DNA of 64,000 bases from Sphyrna mokarran (lineage: Eukaryota). A program made the translations under genes and the position numbers. Within the stretch, counting starts at the first letter, position 1. Each line of letters begins with the position of its first letter. Below, one piece after another: positions 1-13,225 of this stretch. The notes below the pieces were generated by a model, which was not told the DNA's origin, did no database searches, and saw nothing but the letters and a program-made list of their open reading frames with translations. Location of the stretch: assembly GCA_024679065.1 (NCBI GenBank), contig JAGIQG010000028.1, forward strand, positions 16,306,001-16,370,000, read 5' to 3'.

Positions 1-320
1 GAATTTATAACAGAGAACAAGGAGATGGCACAGCAATTAAGCCACTACTTTGGTTCTGTCTTTAGTTCTGGATGAAGACACAAATAACTTCCCAGAAATT
101 CTAGGAAATGAAGAAGAAATTGGAGGAAGTAGTGCTGGAGAAATTAATGGTGATAAATCCCCAAAGGCCCAATAATTAACACCCGACAATACTAAAGGAG
201 ATGGCCATGAAAATAGTGGATGTGTTGGCTGTTATCTTCCAAAGTTCTGTAGGTTCTGGAACAGTCCCAGCAGATTGAAGGATAGCAATTGTAAGTCTGC
301 TATTTTAAAAAGGAGGGAGG
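1..320 (+). mobile_element. Degenerate CR1 LINE ORF2 fragment (5' part of an element split by Rex1)
   Basis: Translates with stops to VIFQSSVGSGTVPAD*RIAIV..LF*KGGR, homologous to [30 protein letters not shown] in the young CR1 at 25700. Confidence 0.8.
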
Positions 321-1613
321 GTGCCTTAATACCTATAAGCTGGTGGCTCTGACATCCATCATCATGGAGTACTTCAAAAGGCTAATCATAGTACGAATCA
401 ATTCCTGCCTTCCTGGCTGCATAACTCACTACAGTTTGTCTACCACTGCATCAGATCCAGAATAGATGCCATCTTCCTGGCCCTGCACTCAACCCTGGAA
501 TACCTAGATAACAAAGACATCTGTGTAAGACTTCTATTTATTGACTACAGTTCAATCTTCAACACCATCATTCCTACAAAACTCATCTCCAAATTCCGGG
601 GCATGGGCCTCGGCACCACCCTCTGCAATTGGATCCTGAACTTCCTGACCTACAGACTACCATCAGTAAGGACAGGTGACACCATCCTCAATATTGGTGT
701 CCTAAAAGGCTGTGTTGTCAGCTCCCTACAATACTCCTTATACACAGATGACAATGAGACCAAATTCCCCTCCAACTCTATTTTCAAGTTTGCTGACAAC
801 ACTACCATAGTGGGTCAGATCTCAAACAATGACATGACTGAATATAGGAAAGGGATAAAGAATTTGGTGAACTGGCAACAATAATCTCTCCCTCAATGTT
901 AACAAAATCAAGGAGATTGTCCTCAACTTCAGGAAGTGTGATGAAGAACATGCTCCTGTCCACATGAATAGAGACAAAGTAAAAAGGTTGAGAGCTTCAA
1001 GTTTTGAGGTGTTCAGATCACCAAAAACCTGTCCTGATCCCCCCATGCCAACACTACAGTTAAGAAAGCCCACTAACGCCTCTACTTTCTCAGAAGACAA
1101 AGGAAATTTGGCATGTCAGTTATGAGTCTCACTGATTTTTACAAATGCATCACAGAAAGCATTCTTTCTCATGGTATCACAGCTTGTATAGCTCCTGCTC
1201 TGCCCAAGACTGCAAGAAACTACAAAAGGTCGTGAACAAAGCCCAATCCGTCATGCAAACCAGTCTCCCATTCACTGATTCTATCTACACTTCCCACTGC
1301 CTCAAAAAAGCAGCCAGCATAATTAAGGACCCACGCACCCCAGATATTCTCTCTTTTCCACCTTCTTCCGTTGGTGGAAAGATACAAAGTCACATACCAA
1401 GCAACTCAAGAATGGCTGTCATCAGACTTTTAAATCATGTATCTTGCCTCAAGTTGATCTTTCTCTACACCCTAGATATGACTGAAACACTACATTCTGC
1501 ACTCTCTCATTTCCTTCGCTATGAACGGTATGCTTTGTCTGCATAGCACACAAGAAACAATACTTTTCACTTCATATTAATACATGCAACAATAATAAAT
1601 CAAATCAAATCAA
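321..1613 (+). mobile_element. 5'-truncated Rex1/Babar-type non-LTR retrotransposon
   Basis: RT motifs VALTSIIM, VRLLFIDYSS.FNTIIP, LCNWILNFLT, GCVVSSLQYSLYT, KFADNTTIVGQISNND (ORF 603-884) and C-terminal KKLQKVVNKAQS (ORF 1145-1546). Ends in aataataaat(caaat)n. Frameshifted. Confidence 0.85.
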
Positions 1614-2230
1614 CAAGGAATTACAGACTGGCGGCCCTAATATCAGCAATAGGGAAAATGCTGGACTCCATCAAAGTATGTGACAACACGATATTTAAAA
1701 CAACGGGATTGTCAACATGCATTTATGAAAGGGGAATCACATTCAACAAACTACTGCGGTTTTCTGAGGACATCACTTTGTTGAATAGATATAGTTGAAT
1801 CAATGGATGCAGTGTATTTGAATTTTCAGAAAACTTCTGATAGAGTCCCATACAAAATTAAAGCACGTAATTCACATGAATTAAGAATCAATTAGCAGAC
1901 AGAACACAGTGGGAATAAGTAGGTATTTTTCAAAGTGGCAAGTGGTGTCTAGTGGGATTATAGAAACGTAGAAATTTCTGACAGGACTGAACAAACTGGA
2001 CACAAGGATGTTATTTCCTACAACAAGGGGACGCAGTCTTAAGATACAGCATAGGACATTTCGGACTGAGGTAAGGAGAAGCTTCTTCACTTCAGAGAGT
2101 AGTGAACTGTGGAATTCGCTACCATCAAGGGCTATAGGGCAGCACAAGAGTACAGCATTGACATGGGGGAATCAGCCATTCTCATAATGAATGGTGAAAT
2201 AGTTTATGAAAGCTGAATGCCCAATCTATC
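1614..2230 (+). mobile_element. Degenerate CR1 LINE, resumed after the Rex1 insertion, internally deleted
   Basis: Resumes at an NYRL.AL.SAIGKML.SI motif, then DAVYLNFQK..D.VP and the CR1 C-terminal FFT..VV.LWNSLP, then tail ttctatatttcta. Confidence 0.75.
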
Positions 2231-3479
2231 TCCTGTTTTCTATATTTCTAAACATCAAAATCTCTCTTTATAGCAACTCATATTCATATCTTGACATCAC
2301 ATCTTGCAATCTTTCCCAGAGTCCTGATCACAGATAAGCCACCTTTGACCATTTTCTTGTATTTCAATAATTTTCATTTATTTACTGCCTATACTATAGT
2401 AAATCTTCCCAAAGTACTCTAAACGATCCAACATCCCTCAATCTTGATCACTTAATTTTCTTCTGCATCTCGCTTGGGAAAAAAATCCTCATCGTAATCA
2501 CTTCCAACTGCACTTTCAAGCTGTCATTTGTTTCATCTTTAGGCCTTCTGTTCATCACAATGTAACAACTAATCAGCTCTTACATTTCCACTTCACCTTT
2601 AATGCTCTGATCCCAGTAAGAGGTATGCTCTTCCTTCGGCAGTTCCAAGTATGCCACATTTATCCCAAGTCCAACGGATGAAGCATATTTGATTTTGACT
2701 TTCTTAGCCAATTACCAGCAGATTTAGATGGATTAAATCTAAAGCCCATGAAGCTCGACTTACCAAATAGATTCAGCGCTCCACAATCATCCTGAACAAA
2801 GAAAACCTCCAGTATGCATTTCCAGCACCCAATTCCATACTGCAAAACATCTTTTTAATCACTCCCCCTCCCACTACAAAACATCTTTTCCATCCCCCCT
2901 ACCATTTTCCCTCCAAACTATAAACCATCTTTTTAAACCCCCTTCTCCTGCCTGCTTGACCCTCAATTTCAACGTGTGCAAGTAGTTCTTGGACCTTTTT
3001 CTACCCAAGGGTTAAAACAATCATTCAACTGTCTCCTGCTTCTCTCTCTTCCCCCAGCACATCAAGCCAAAAAAATTCCCCCAGGAGCATCCACCCTTTC
3101 AGCAATCTTTCTTCCAGTTCCTCTCTCTCCCTGAAAGCTCCCCCTCAGATCACATGTCCACATGACCCAACACTTGCTCCCTTAACCCTTTTAAACTGCC
3201 AACTACTCAATCTCTCTCCCTGGCCCACACTTCTCAGGTACTTCTTCCATTTTTTTCAACCCATCATCATTACATTCTCTCAAAAAGCCTGTGAGACTAC
3301 TCTATTCTTATAAATTATCACTCCCATCTCCAAAGTCCTGAATGTATCATCGCTTCCAAAATGCCATCCATCTTTCTCAGGCTGAATTGATTGGGGAAGT
3401 AAAATAAAAAATAGGATAAAGAGAATGAGTTTGAGAACAGACCAACATTAGACATATAAAGAAATGCAAAAATTCTCTG

Positions 3480-5092
3480 CCAGATTATAAATAGTGAAAC
3501 ATTATTAAAAGGAGGAATACAACCAATAAACAACAAAAAGATCTTTGCAAAAAGGTACCAAATGAGTAGTGTGTTCGTGTTTACCAAGAAAGATGCTGCC
3601 GGTCAGAATGAAAGAAAAGGCAGTTGGCGCATTGGATGGGCTAAAAAAATTATAAAGAAAGGGTATTAGGTAGTTGTATTAATCAAGCTTGATAAGCCAC
3701 CAGAACCAGAGAATCCATCAAGGATACTGTGAATAGTGTGCGAAATAAGGATCACAATTGCAAAGGCACTGGATATATTCTTCCAATCTTCCTTAGATAC
3801 AGGGGTAATGCCAGAGGACTGGAGAATTGTAAATGTTACATCTTGTATAAAAAGTTTAACTATAAATCCTATAAATACAAGCCTGTCAAATTAACCTCAG
3901 TGGTAGGCAAGTTTTTAAAAATAATAATAATCTAGTACAAAATTAAGTCATCTAGATTGATTAAGGAAAGCTTTGACAAAGACTTGTTCAAAGCAAATCA
4001 TGTTTAGCAAACTTGATTGAGCTTTTTGATGAGGTAACAGGTTTAATGAGGGTAATGTGGTTGCTATGTTGTACATGGATTTCCAAAAGCCTTTTGATAA
4101 AGTTCTTGTCAGCAAAGTTGAAGGTTATGGAATAAAACAGGCAGCGATATCATGGAAGTGACTAGAAACAGAAAATGGTGGAGAAATCTTTTTTTGAAAT
4201 TGGAGAAAGTGGTGGTTCCCCAAGGATCAGTACTATTTTTCCTCAAAATACATCAATGGATTAGAAGACAACTGCAATTTTGGCAGATTCCACAAAATAG
4301 TAATAGTCTTCAGAAAGGCATAGATCGGCTAGTGAAATGGACATTCAAAATTTAATGTAGATAAGTGTTAATTTATTCATTTTGATCAGAAAAATACGGA
4401 GGTTAGATAAAGAGTACAATGTAAAGAGGTTGCAGAAACAGAGGCCTGGAGTTTTTATGTACAAAACATTGTAGGTGTCAGGCTGAGAAAATTGTTAAAA
4501 GACGTAAAGGATCTTGGGTTTTATAGAGTACAAAAGCAAAGCTTATGATAAATTTTTATAAACTGCCAATCAAGTATCCAATACTGGGCACCACACTTTA
4601 GTAAGGATATGAAGGCTTCAGAGAAGATGCAGAAAATGTTTATGAGGTTTATTCTAGGGATGAGGGACATCAGTTAAGTGGAGAGATGGAGAAGTTTGGG
4701 TTGTTCTCCTTCAAGAAAAGGATGTTAGAAAGGAGATTTGGTAAAGAAGTTTAAAATCATGAGCTTTCTGGATAGAGAAAAAGAAATTACTTCCAGTTAC
4801 AGAACAGTTGAGAAGACACCCATTCAAGGGGATTGCCAAAAGAACTGTGGCAACATGAGGAAAAACATTTTTACACAACATGCAGTCGGGATCTAGAATG
4901 CACTGCCCAAGAGCTTAGTGGAAGTAGATTCAATCATTGTTTTCAAAAGGAAATTGAATAAGAGTTTGAAGAGAACATATTTCAAAGGCGATGAGGAACA
5001 GACAGCAGAATGGGAATAGTTATTTGCTTTTGCAAACAGCTAGCATGGCACAATGAGCCAAATAGCTTCCTTTTGTGCTGCAAATATTCTGT
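3480..5092 (+). mobile_element. Old CR1 LINE ORF2 remnant with 3' end
   Basis: Scattered motifs YKPVKLTSVVGKFL, YMDFQKPFDK, VPQGSVL and 3' tail gcttccttttgtgctgcaaatattctgtga. Many stops and indels. Confidence 0.8.
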
Positions 5093-5274
5093 GACTAACT
5101 ACACGTTTGAATCTTTTCAATCGCCATGATAGAGCACTGAAAAATAGATCTAATCAAATTCACAAACAACATCCTCTGTAATTGTGACCATAATACATTT
5201 TCCCTTCTAGTTCTATCTGCAGCCATTGCTACAAAAACCACACCATCTTTCTCCAATGTTTCTCCACCACTAAA

Positions 5275-5595
5275 GAACTGTACAGCATAAGATCAGGCCC
5301 TTCGGCCCACCAAGTCTGCTGACACAGATGCTTCTCTAATCTGTTTTCTTGCCTCTACATTGTCCATAATTCTGTGCCTATTCATGTATCTACCCAAATG
5401 CCTCTTGAAAATTGTTATAGAATCTGCTTCCACATTCTCCTCCGGCAGTGCATTCCAGGCATTCACCACCCTCTGTATGTAAAACTTGCCCCTTACATTT
5501 CTTTTAAACTTTCCATCTCTCACTCTCGACCTATGTCTCTTGAGTAATTGATCCTTCGACCATAGGGGAAAAAAAAACTGACTATCCACTTTATC
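5275..5595 (-). mobile_element. CR1 LINE 3' fragment
   Basis: ORF 5293-5589 carries RGKFYIQRVVNAWNALPEENVEADSITIFKRHLGRYMN, the CR1 ORF2 C-terminus, followed by the gggccgaagggcct tail motif. Confidence 0.85.
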
Positions 5596-5629
5596 TCAGA
5601 ACTCTCACAAAGCACTAACCTCCAGCCAT

Positions 5630-5875
5630 TTCATTCCCCCATTGGCAGCAGCTCCTTCAGGCATTTATGCTCTACATTCTGGAATCCTTTCTCAAAAGCT
5701 CCCGTCACTTCTCCACTCTTTCCTCCTTTAAGAGCCATCTCAAAATTGACTTCTATGACTAAGCTTTTGAATGCATTATATTCCTTGTGTCTCTGGGATC
5801 ATACTTTGAATGATTCTGCCTGTGAAGTGCCTTAGAATGATTGTGTGTATACATACAATTTATTGTTGTAAAGCC
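5630..5875 (+). mobile_element. L2-like LINE 3' end remnant
   Basis: G.SSF...A..FWN.F..., FK..LK..F...AF pattern and tail cctgtgaagtgccttag. Related copies lie near 16400-16760, 32950-33400 and 56020-56280. Confidence 0.55.
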
Positions 5876-8664
5876 ATCAGCATTTTGCTAGAGATATCCT
5901 TAACTGGAAATTTGGATTTTTGGTGTTACAAGCAATTGAAAGTTTCAAAACCTTACCTACGAAAAAAAAGGACTGCACAGCTTCAGTGGTATTCCTGCTA
6001 ATTCATTGCATGTTAAGCTTCACAAATCTGTCTGCAGGCACAGAAGGTTTTTTTCAACTCTCATGGTATCTTGCAAAAACTTCATACCAATCTCCAAGCA
6101 GTTTTTGTATGAGAGGCAGAACACAAATGTAACTTCATAACTTATCAAAGCTGATTTCTGCTCCCCCCCAACCCCCACAATGTTCAATCAGCCTCGACCA
6201 TGGCCAAAGTTTACATTGCCTCCAGCAGATGTGCTCAACTTTCATTTGCCATACTGCTCAAAGTAAAAGCAAACCACTGCAGTACTTCACTAAGTATAAT
6301 CATGGATCAATCCAACAGATGGCCAGGGTTGCCAACGCCCTTTAGGGCATAGTATCTGAAGGAGGAAGAGATAAATTATTTATGTATTCATTCATTCATA
6401 GGATAAAAAATCATAGTTACAGAAATCTGATTAAATTTGGGAGCCCAAAGTCTACAGTGTGATGCATTCACTCCTTTCTGTTCCAATAGTGGACCTCATA
6501 TGGACAACCTCAAATGAGTGCTGTGGACTTCAAGTCCCACAGGAGCCAGACTGGGACAATTTGAACCCCATAGGGCAGTTCCAGTTCATAGACAGAGGGA
6601 ACTTTTCTTTCAACAGCCTGGGATCTTAAACACAAAAGGCCAGCGTCTCATTCACTGGAATACATTTTTAAAATAAATACATATTATGAATAAAAAATAA
6701 AACAGCCAAAAGTTCCAGATGATCATTGGCTGACTGGTGATGATTTAACCACATCCTCAGGTGAGATGCAACATTGAGAAGGCGTGGCCTTTATAAATAA
6801 CTCCAACTGGTACAACAATTGAACCTAACCTGTCTGCAACCCAAACCAGCCAACTGGGCTAACAGGCTACCACAGTATTAATATATAAAATTGAACATTC
6901 TTATTTTACCTTGCTGCTTAAACAACATCAATCCACTGCAACTGGTGACAGAATTTATGTCATGGTTACATCCCAGTCTGCTTTTTTCTAGCTTAACTTA
7001 ATTTTCCTCTTCTGCCCTGTGTTCCCTCCAAAAGTCTTGATTTCCTTTGCATTCAGAATTCAGTTGTTGGTCCATGCACCAATTGATGTAAATTACTGAA
7101 AGCTAACTTAAGAAAAATATATTTAATTGATGTCAATTACAAGGTAAAATAAAAATGTTAAGATTACATCCAGTAAGTTTCTTCAATGCCAAGTGAGATC
7201 CACAAACCAAAGAAGTCACAGTTTCAGTTTGTGGTATTTGCTAAGTTACCTAATCAAAGACAATAATGGGTGTTGCATTTTGTGTCAACATTCCTGAATT
7301 AATAAGACGAAAAAGACAAAAAAATTGTCAGCCCAGTTATGGAAATGTATGTCAGCAAATGCGAGCTAAGCACAAGACTTGAACTGGTTGTGATGCACCT
7401 GGTGTTTGAATAGCCTGTTAAAATTTCTTCAAGGCTTTCTTTCAGGGAAGATACAGAAGGAAGAAATTCAGCAAGAAGAACGAGTACCTTTAAAATAAAT
7501 TACCAATAATGCAAAACCATTTGTGGCAAATTCATATTTCAAATCAATTCACTGACTGAAAAATTTTACAATTTATCATCTCTTTTCCCACCCCAAATCC
7601 TGAAGACATGACTTTTTACTGGGATACAGTTCCATGAATGCACAGATCTCCAGCATTTCATCTGTCTGGTCCTTCTTCACATGGAAAACCAGACAGCAAA
7701 TATCATGACAGTTCCAGAGAGCAAGACAACTAAGCCCAACATGGCTATTTCACTCAACAGGTTCATGCTATTTCCAGCATGAGTCACTGGGTAGAAATCA
7801 AGAGTTGGACTGTTTGCTGATTTATTTTTTCTTTGCCAAAGGACACTGGAGCCAATAATATCCCAAATGATACCGCACGTGTAATCAGCTAGCTCAGAGA
7901 CTGAGAGTTAACTGGATCAGTGTGGCTCAGCAACAAGGCCTTCGTCATCAGGACCGCTGACTGAAATGTACTTAAAACGAATGTCACTTCCCTTTCCGAA
8001 TCTTTAGCCCTGTATTCTCAACTCCAACTGCATACCTTTCAGCATGATTTAATCACATCATCTCAAGCCTTAAAATACTCAAGTCAACTATTTAGTTTCA
8101 AAAACTCCCACTGTGAGCTCAAACCTCACCCTTTCAGCTCTGCAACTGATGAGACTTAATACTCATCAATTAATTTGATTATCATGAATGGTATTGTTGT
8201 TGACCTTAATCCTTTTATCACTGCTAAACAACACAACAAAATAGATTCAAATTTTTCAAATTTTCCCTGTAGTCCCCAATAAATATTTAAATCAAATATA
8301 TTTCCATGGTTGTTGTGTTGATAGAAATTATTTTGTAGAGGTTGGTAAGCTGCAGTTTTCTTATATTTACAATAAAATATCAATTTATGTATCTATGGAA
8401 AAGGCAGAATTCTAGAAGAATCAGAGATTAAATTTTCTTTGTCCCAACTCAGCTGTATTATTTCTCAAGTGAAACAAAACACAAAATGTGCTGGCCCATG
8501 AATAACACTGCTATATTTCTGCCATCATCTCTAATAATTTAATAAATTTTCTTTGTTCCAGTCTCTTGCAACGTTTTTCAGTGCAAATGGTCACTTTCTC
8601 AATTATTCCAAGAAACATGCATTTTATTTATTCTTACTTCTAATTTTTTTCTGGTTAAATTTGT

Positions 8665-8870
8665 GGGGATCAGTTAGCTCGATGGATAATGCATGGTGAG
8701 AATGATGCCAACAGCATGGGTTCAATCACCGTACTGGATGGGGTAATTAATGGAGGCCTGCCTCCTTGGAGTGGTGCCCTCAAGCTATATAATCACTTTT
8801 CTCTTTCTCTCATCTCTCACTAACAGAGAGGTGTGCATACGGTCCCTTCTGGACTTTGGTTAATTACCTT
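8665..8870 (+). mobile_element. tRNA-derived SINE
   Basis: A-box-like gttagctcgatgg and B-box gggttcaatcacc. Reverse-oriented relatives lie near 6715-6870, 23035-23222 and 63520-63640. Confidence 0.6.
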
Positions 8871-10689
8871 ACCTTGCTTCTGGTTAAAATTACAAATTAA
8901 GGAAACAATAAACCTAAGTGGTAATTTTTGAAATACTTTCTAAATGCACAGTAGTTTAAATAAATAACACAAATTTGACATCATGAGTGAATCTGTGCAA
9001 CAACCCTATTGCAAATCATGTGATTTATCACTTGTATCTTTAATTACGACAAGGAACTTATTATATACCAGGAGTTACTTACAACTCCAGCTCCCACTGC
9101 AAAAATCTTGCACAGCTGGTATTAACTCATAGTAAATACATTAGATCGCAAAGAAAGACTCTACAAAAAAAGTCTCTGTTTTCTTGCAACCAGCAAGTTA
9201 TTACTTGCATCAGACCCAACATTTCCATAGGGGATAGCATGGGAAATACGATAAATATTAACCAACATTATTTTCATACAATCAAATGTAGCTTATAAGC
9301 CAAATCAATAAAGTTTGAATTACTCAAGAAAACCACCTGATCCTTCCAGCCATGTTATCAACTTGCAAACATATCCTTTGTAAAATTATTGTACTGTGCA
9401 TACATATTCATGTGAAATTAGTAAATTTATTACCATGAGGCAACTGAAGAACATAATTTTAGAAATATACCAGCAGACTGCTGAGGATTTGCTTTTTATT
9501 AAAAGTGTTTTAAGTGTCTGAGTACAAGATGGAAAAGTTGTGTTGTGTACTTTGTCCTCTGTCAAAGTAATATTTCTTTAATTGATATAGCATTGTCAGT
9601 AGCTTGAGTAGGTGGTGGTACATGTTCCCCACAAGCCTTTGTTTTTTATGCAGTGATGGTGTCTCACAATGTTGTCAATTACTGAACTACCTGTTTTCAC
9701 GCCTGTTAATAAGGGAGTGGCAACAGAGGGGAAACTGGAGATGATGATCAAAGAGGTATGCATAAAGGAAAAACTTGTCATATCATAACAATACTGTAAA
9801 AAGATTAATAGATGTAATCGGTTTGTCCCTTTTTCATTCATCAACTCAACATACCTACCTTCTCATATCCTTCAAAGTCTTCTTCCTAAAAATGCAGCAG
9901 ATTTATTCTCAAAACCAATAAAAGAGAACAACAATCAAAACAAGGAAATGTTAATTTGCAAGTCTTGTAATCAGGATACATACTGTACACCTGAGTATTT
10001 GTACATAATATAAATACCTAACCAGTGATGAAAATGCTGAATGTTTGTTATGTTGGTAATTTAAAAAATGAACAGGGCAATAATATACATCAGTTATCAA
10101 AATACAATAAATATGGCTTCAGCAAGAAAAATCCAAGATGGCAGATTTTGATCTGATCCTTCTAAAACAAGGTACTACCAACAATATATGCCGTGCATCA
10201 TCTGATAATTTGAAAGTATAAAATTCTCGCAGAATCTGGATTTTTTTTTAAATTGGCAAGTGTTCATATATTGAGAAATTGATTTTACTTTAAATAGAAG
10301 AAAATATAGTGCATGAGTACAGCAATATTCAACAAAAGGATCAGACCGATACCAACTTACAGAGCATATGCATTTTCATAGTACAGGTAAGCACTTCCAC
10401 TTGGTGAAAGTGGGGTCAGTGAGTCAGGTCTTCTGCATCACTGAACTAGGAAATTCCAACATTACTGTCTAGTTTTACAACACAGTACGCCATCATCTAT
10501 GAGATCAGAAATCCAACAAAATGCATCAGGGTGATCATTACACTGACAGAGGGGGAACTCTAGAAATAGCACTTGGTCACTAGAAAAGCCATGTTCAAAC
10601 AAAGACACACGATCTCTAAGTATAGCTCTGTACTGTTCTTCACCTTGCACTGCCATTTTTAATAGGCCATTTGGAAGATCAAGAGAACA

Positions 10690-11000
10690 GAAAGACTCAA
10701 ATCCATACAGTCTGACACCAGATGGACCACCTGGCTAGAGATGGCACTGGAAACTACAATGACAAACACAGACCTCCGATCCTGCAAAGTCCTCCTCATT
10801 CAGATTTGGAGGTTTGTGCCAAAATTAGGGAAGCTGTCTCACAGACTTGTTGGGCAACAGCCTAACGTTGTCATACTCTCAGAATCAGAAATTTACAAAT
10901 AATGTTCCAGACATCATCATCACCATTCCTGAGGATGTCCTGTGTCAGTGGCAGAATGGACCCAATACAGGTGGTGGCACAATGATATACAGTCGGAACA
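10690..11000 (+). mobile_element. LINE 5' fragment with start of an APE endonuclease domain (second CR1/L2-group family)
   Basis: Frameshifted IWRFVPKLGKLSHRLVGQQPNVVILSES...VPDIIITIPE...GGGTMIYS resembles the APE N-terminus (PD.V.L.E, R.DR..GGG). Confidence 0.7.
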
Positions 11001-12889
11001 CCAACTCTTACCTCATAGAATCTATGAATTAAATTTTCAGTTTTTCCCATTTGTTTTCTTATCTAAAATGGCTGCATCACCTGATTCATAGCTAGTTAGA
11101 TCTGAACATGAATTTTGCATCTAGATTACAAGCTCAGCAAGCCAATGTGTCAGCAAGAATTCTTTGATTACAGACATTGAAATAAAATTATTATATTTCT
11201 ATTTTGCTACATGAGAATTTATGAAATAGTCATCATGGTCTTGTCGATTCATCTTAAATAGATATTGACAAAATCGCATTATTATTTTGATCAACAAAAT
11301 AATTAAAAGGGGTTAAAATTCAAGGTCTTACTGGAATTCTGAAGCTTGCTCAGACAAATGGATTCCTCCAGCAATATTTACATATTTTTGAAAAACTCAG
11401 ATACATGGTTCAAAATTAAGTCTACAAAACCAGACAATATTGAGCTCAAACAGATACTATGTACTTCAAAATAATGTTCCTATATGTCTCTTTGTATATT
11501 AAGTGCACATAAATCGATGACTTGTAACCTACAAAATCTGATTCACGATATAATGCACTCAGATTGAAGATATAATGGGGCTCCCATCGGCATTTCTGTC
11601 TGCAATTTGCCATAATCAGATTTAATTGTTAGATCTTTGTTATTATCTACGCAAAAGGAGAAAGCAAAGACATAATTCAGATCTTAAATCATGCTTGTCC
11701 ATTCATGGAATCTTACCAACTATTTGAATTGGAAAATGGGCAAAAAAAAAAAAAATTTCAATCATCTTTTTCACACTGAAAAAGAACAAAGGATAAGTAG
11801 TAAAAGTTACAAATTCCAGTTGATTTCTTTTCACCCAAATTGACTTGCATATTGTATGCTTGTAAAGTTAATAAAGTTTTGCAGCATTCTTTGACACTTC
11901 TATTTAAAGATACAAATCTACTGCCCTGGCATTGATTAACAGTTGTCATTGCTCTGCTTGAATTGTAATCAATAGAATATATACATGCTCGTGTGCTAAC
12001 CAAGGGCAACAATTCATTCTGCTTCTGCGACTTTGCAGCTTGCCAACTCATTAGTGCTGTTCCAAATGGAATACTTAATTAAAATATTACTAACCATCTC
12101 TGAAATGAACTGGCATAAAGGGACACAATATTGCATGTGACAGATTTTGAATTGTAATAGTATGATTATCAGAGGAAAATACTGAACAAAATCCTAAAGA
12201 TTATTTTTAAATAAAAGAGCAGAAAATACAAAAGAATGATAGATTGACGAAAGGCTCTCCTGTCCTGTATTTTATTTTTTCTTCATATTGGCAGTTGAGT
12301 TCAGTCACTGGAAACGCATCATGTCAGCAAATTGCTAGCTGAAAACATGACGTGTTAACAGGTCGGTATAATTCGAACATTCTATTCCCATTGGCTTATA
12401 GATTCATCCCTCTGCAAAAGATTATGTCAGTAGGGAACACTTCATTAAAAAAGCAATTTTACCTAAACTACGACAGACATTGTTATGTGTCCTACCTTGC
12501 AGAATAGAAGTGAAGGCAATTCATAGCCTTGTCAGTGGGTCAACCAGATATCAGTACAGACTTGAATACTCACAAATAGCAATCTATTTTATCAAAAACA
12601 TCTACAGCTTTTAAAAAAATATGCTTTTTTAAAATATAAATTATTTATAATCAAAGTATCTATTTATCGTACAAATTTTCAGCCAGAACAATCAAATAGA
12701 TTTAGAATTATAGTAACCATAATCAAAATGAAATGTATCAGCCATATTCTTAATTATTTGAAGTTTAAACACATTTTACCGATTAAACATATGATTTAAA
12801 ATACCTTTAACATTAGGCCAAAGTATTTGACTGAAAAGGACCAGATTAAGAATGATGAGCAGCACATTCCATTTAAAAACATCCTCATG

Positions 12890-13225
12890 AAAAAAGGCCC
12901 AGGTTCCATTTCCAGTCTATGTTGAGTTAGTTGATCTCAGCTGGAGTGCTGCAGCTGGTTATAGAGCCCATGGGCTGGAGAGAGGAAAATCAGTCAGCTT
13001 CTGCTTGTGATCATCTATCCAGTGAACCAGCGCTAAGTGCACATGTGAAAGGCCAGTAAGAACTGACACAGCCTTAGCTTTGATGTTGAAATATCTGCTA
13101 ACATTCATTATCTGAACTAAGAAGATGAAAAATGAGCAATAGTGCAAGATATCTGAAGGAGACTATACCTGGGAAAACATTCCCAAGCAAAACTCAACGT
13201 CTTCAAGATCCAGAGGTGTAAAAAG
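12890..13225 (+). repeat. Ancient SINE-like dispersed repeat
   Basis: ccaggttccatttccagtctatgttgagttag...gaaaatcagtcag. Diverged copies recur near 7230-7490 (+) and 7600-7960, 35870-36140, 39470-39640, 47910-48120, 51200-51580 (-). Confidence 0.5.
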
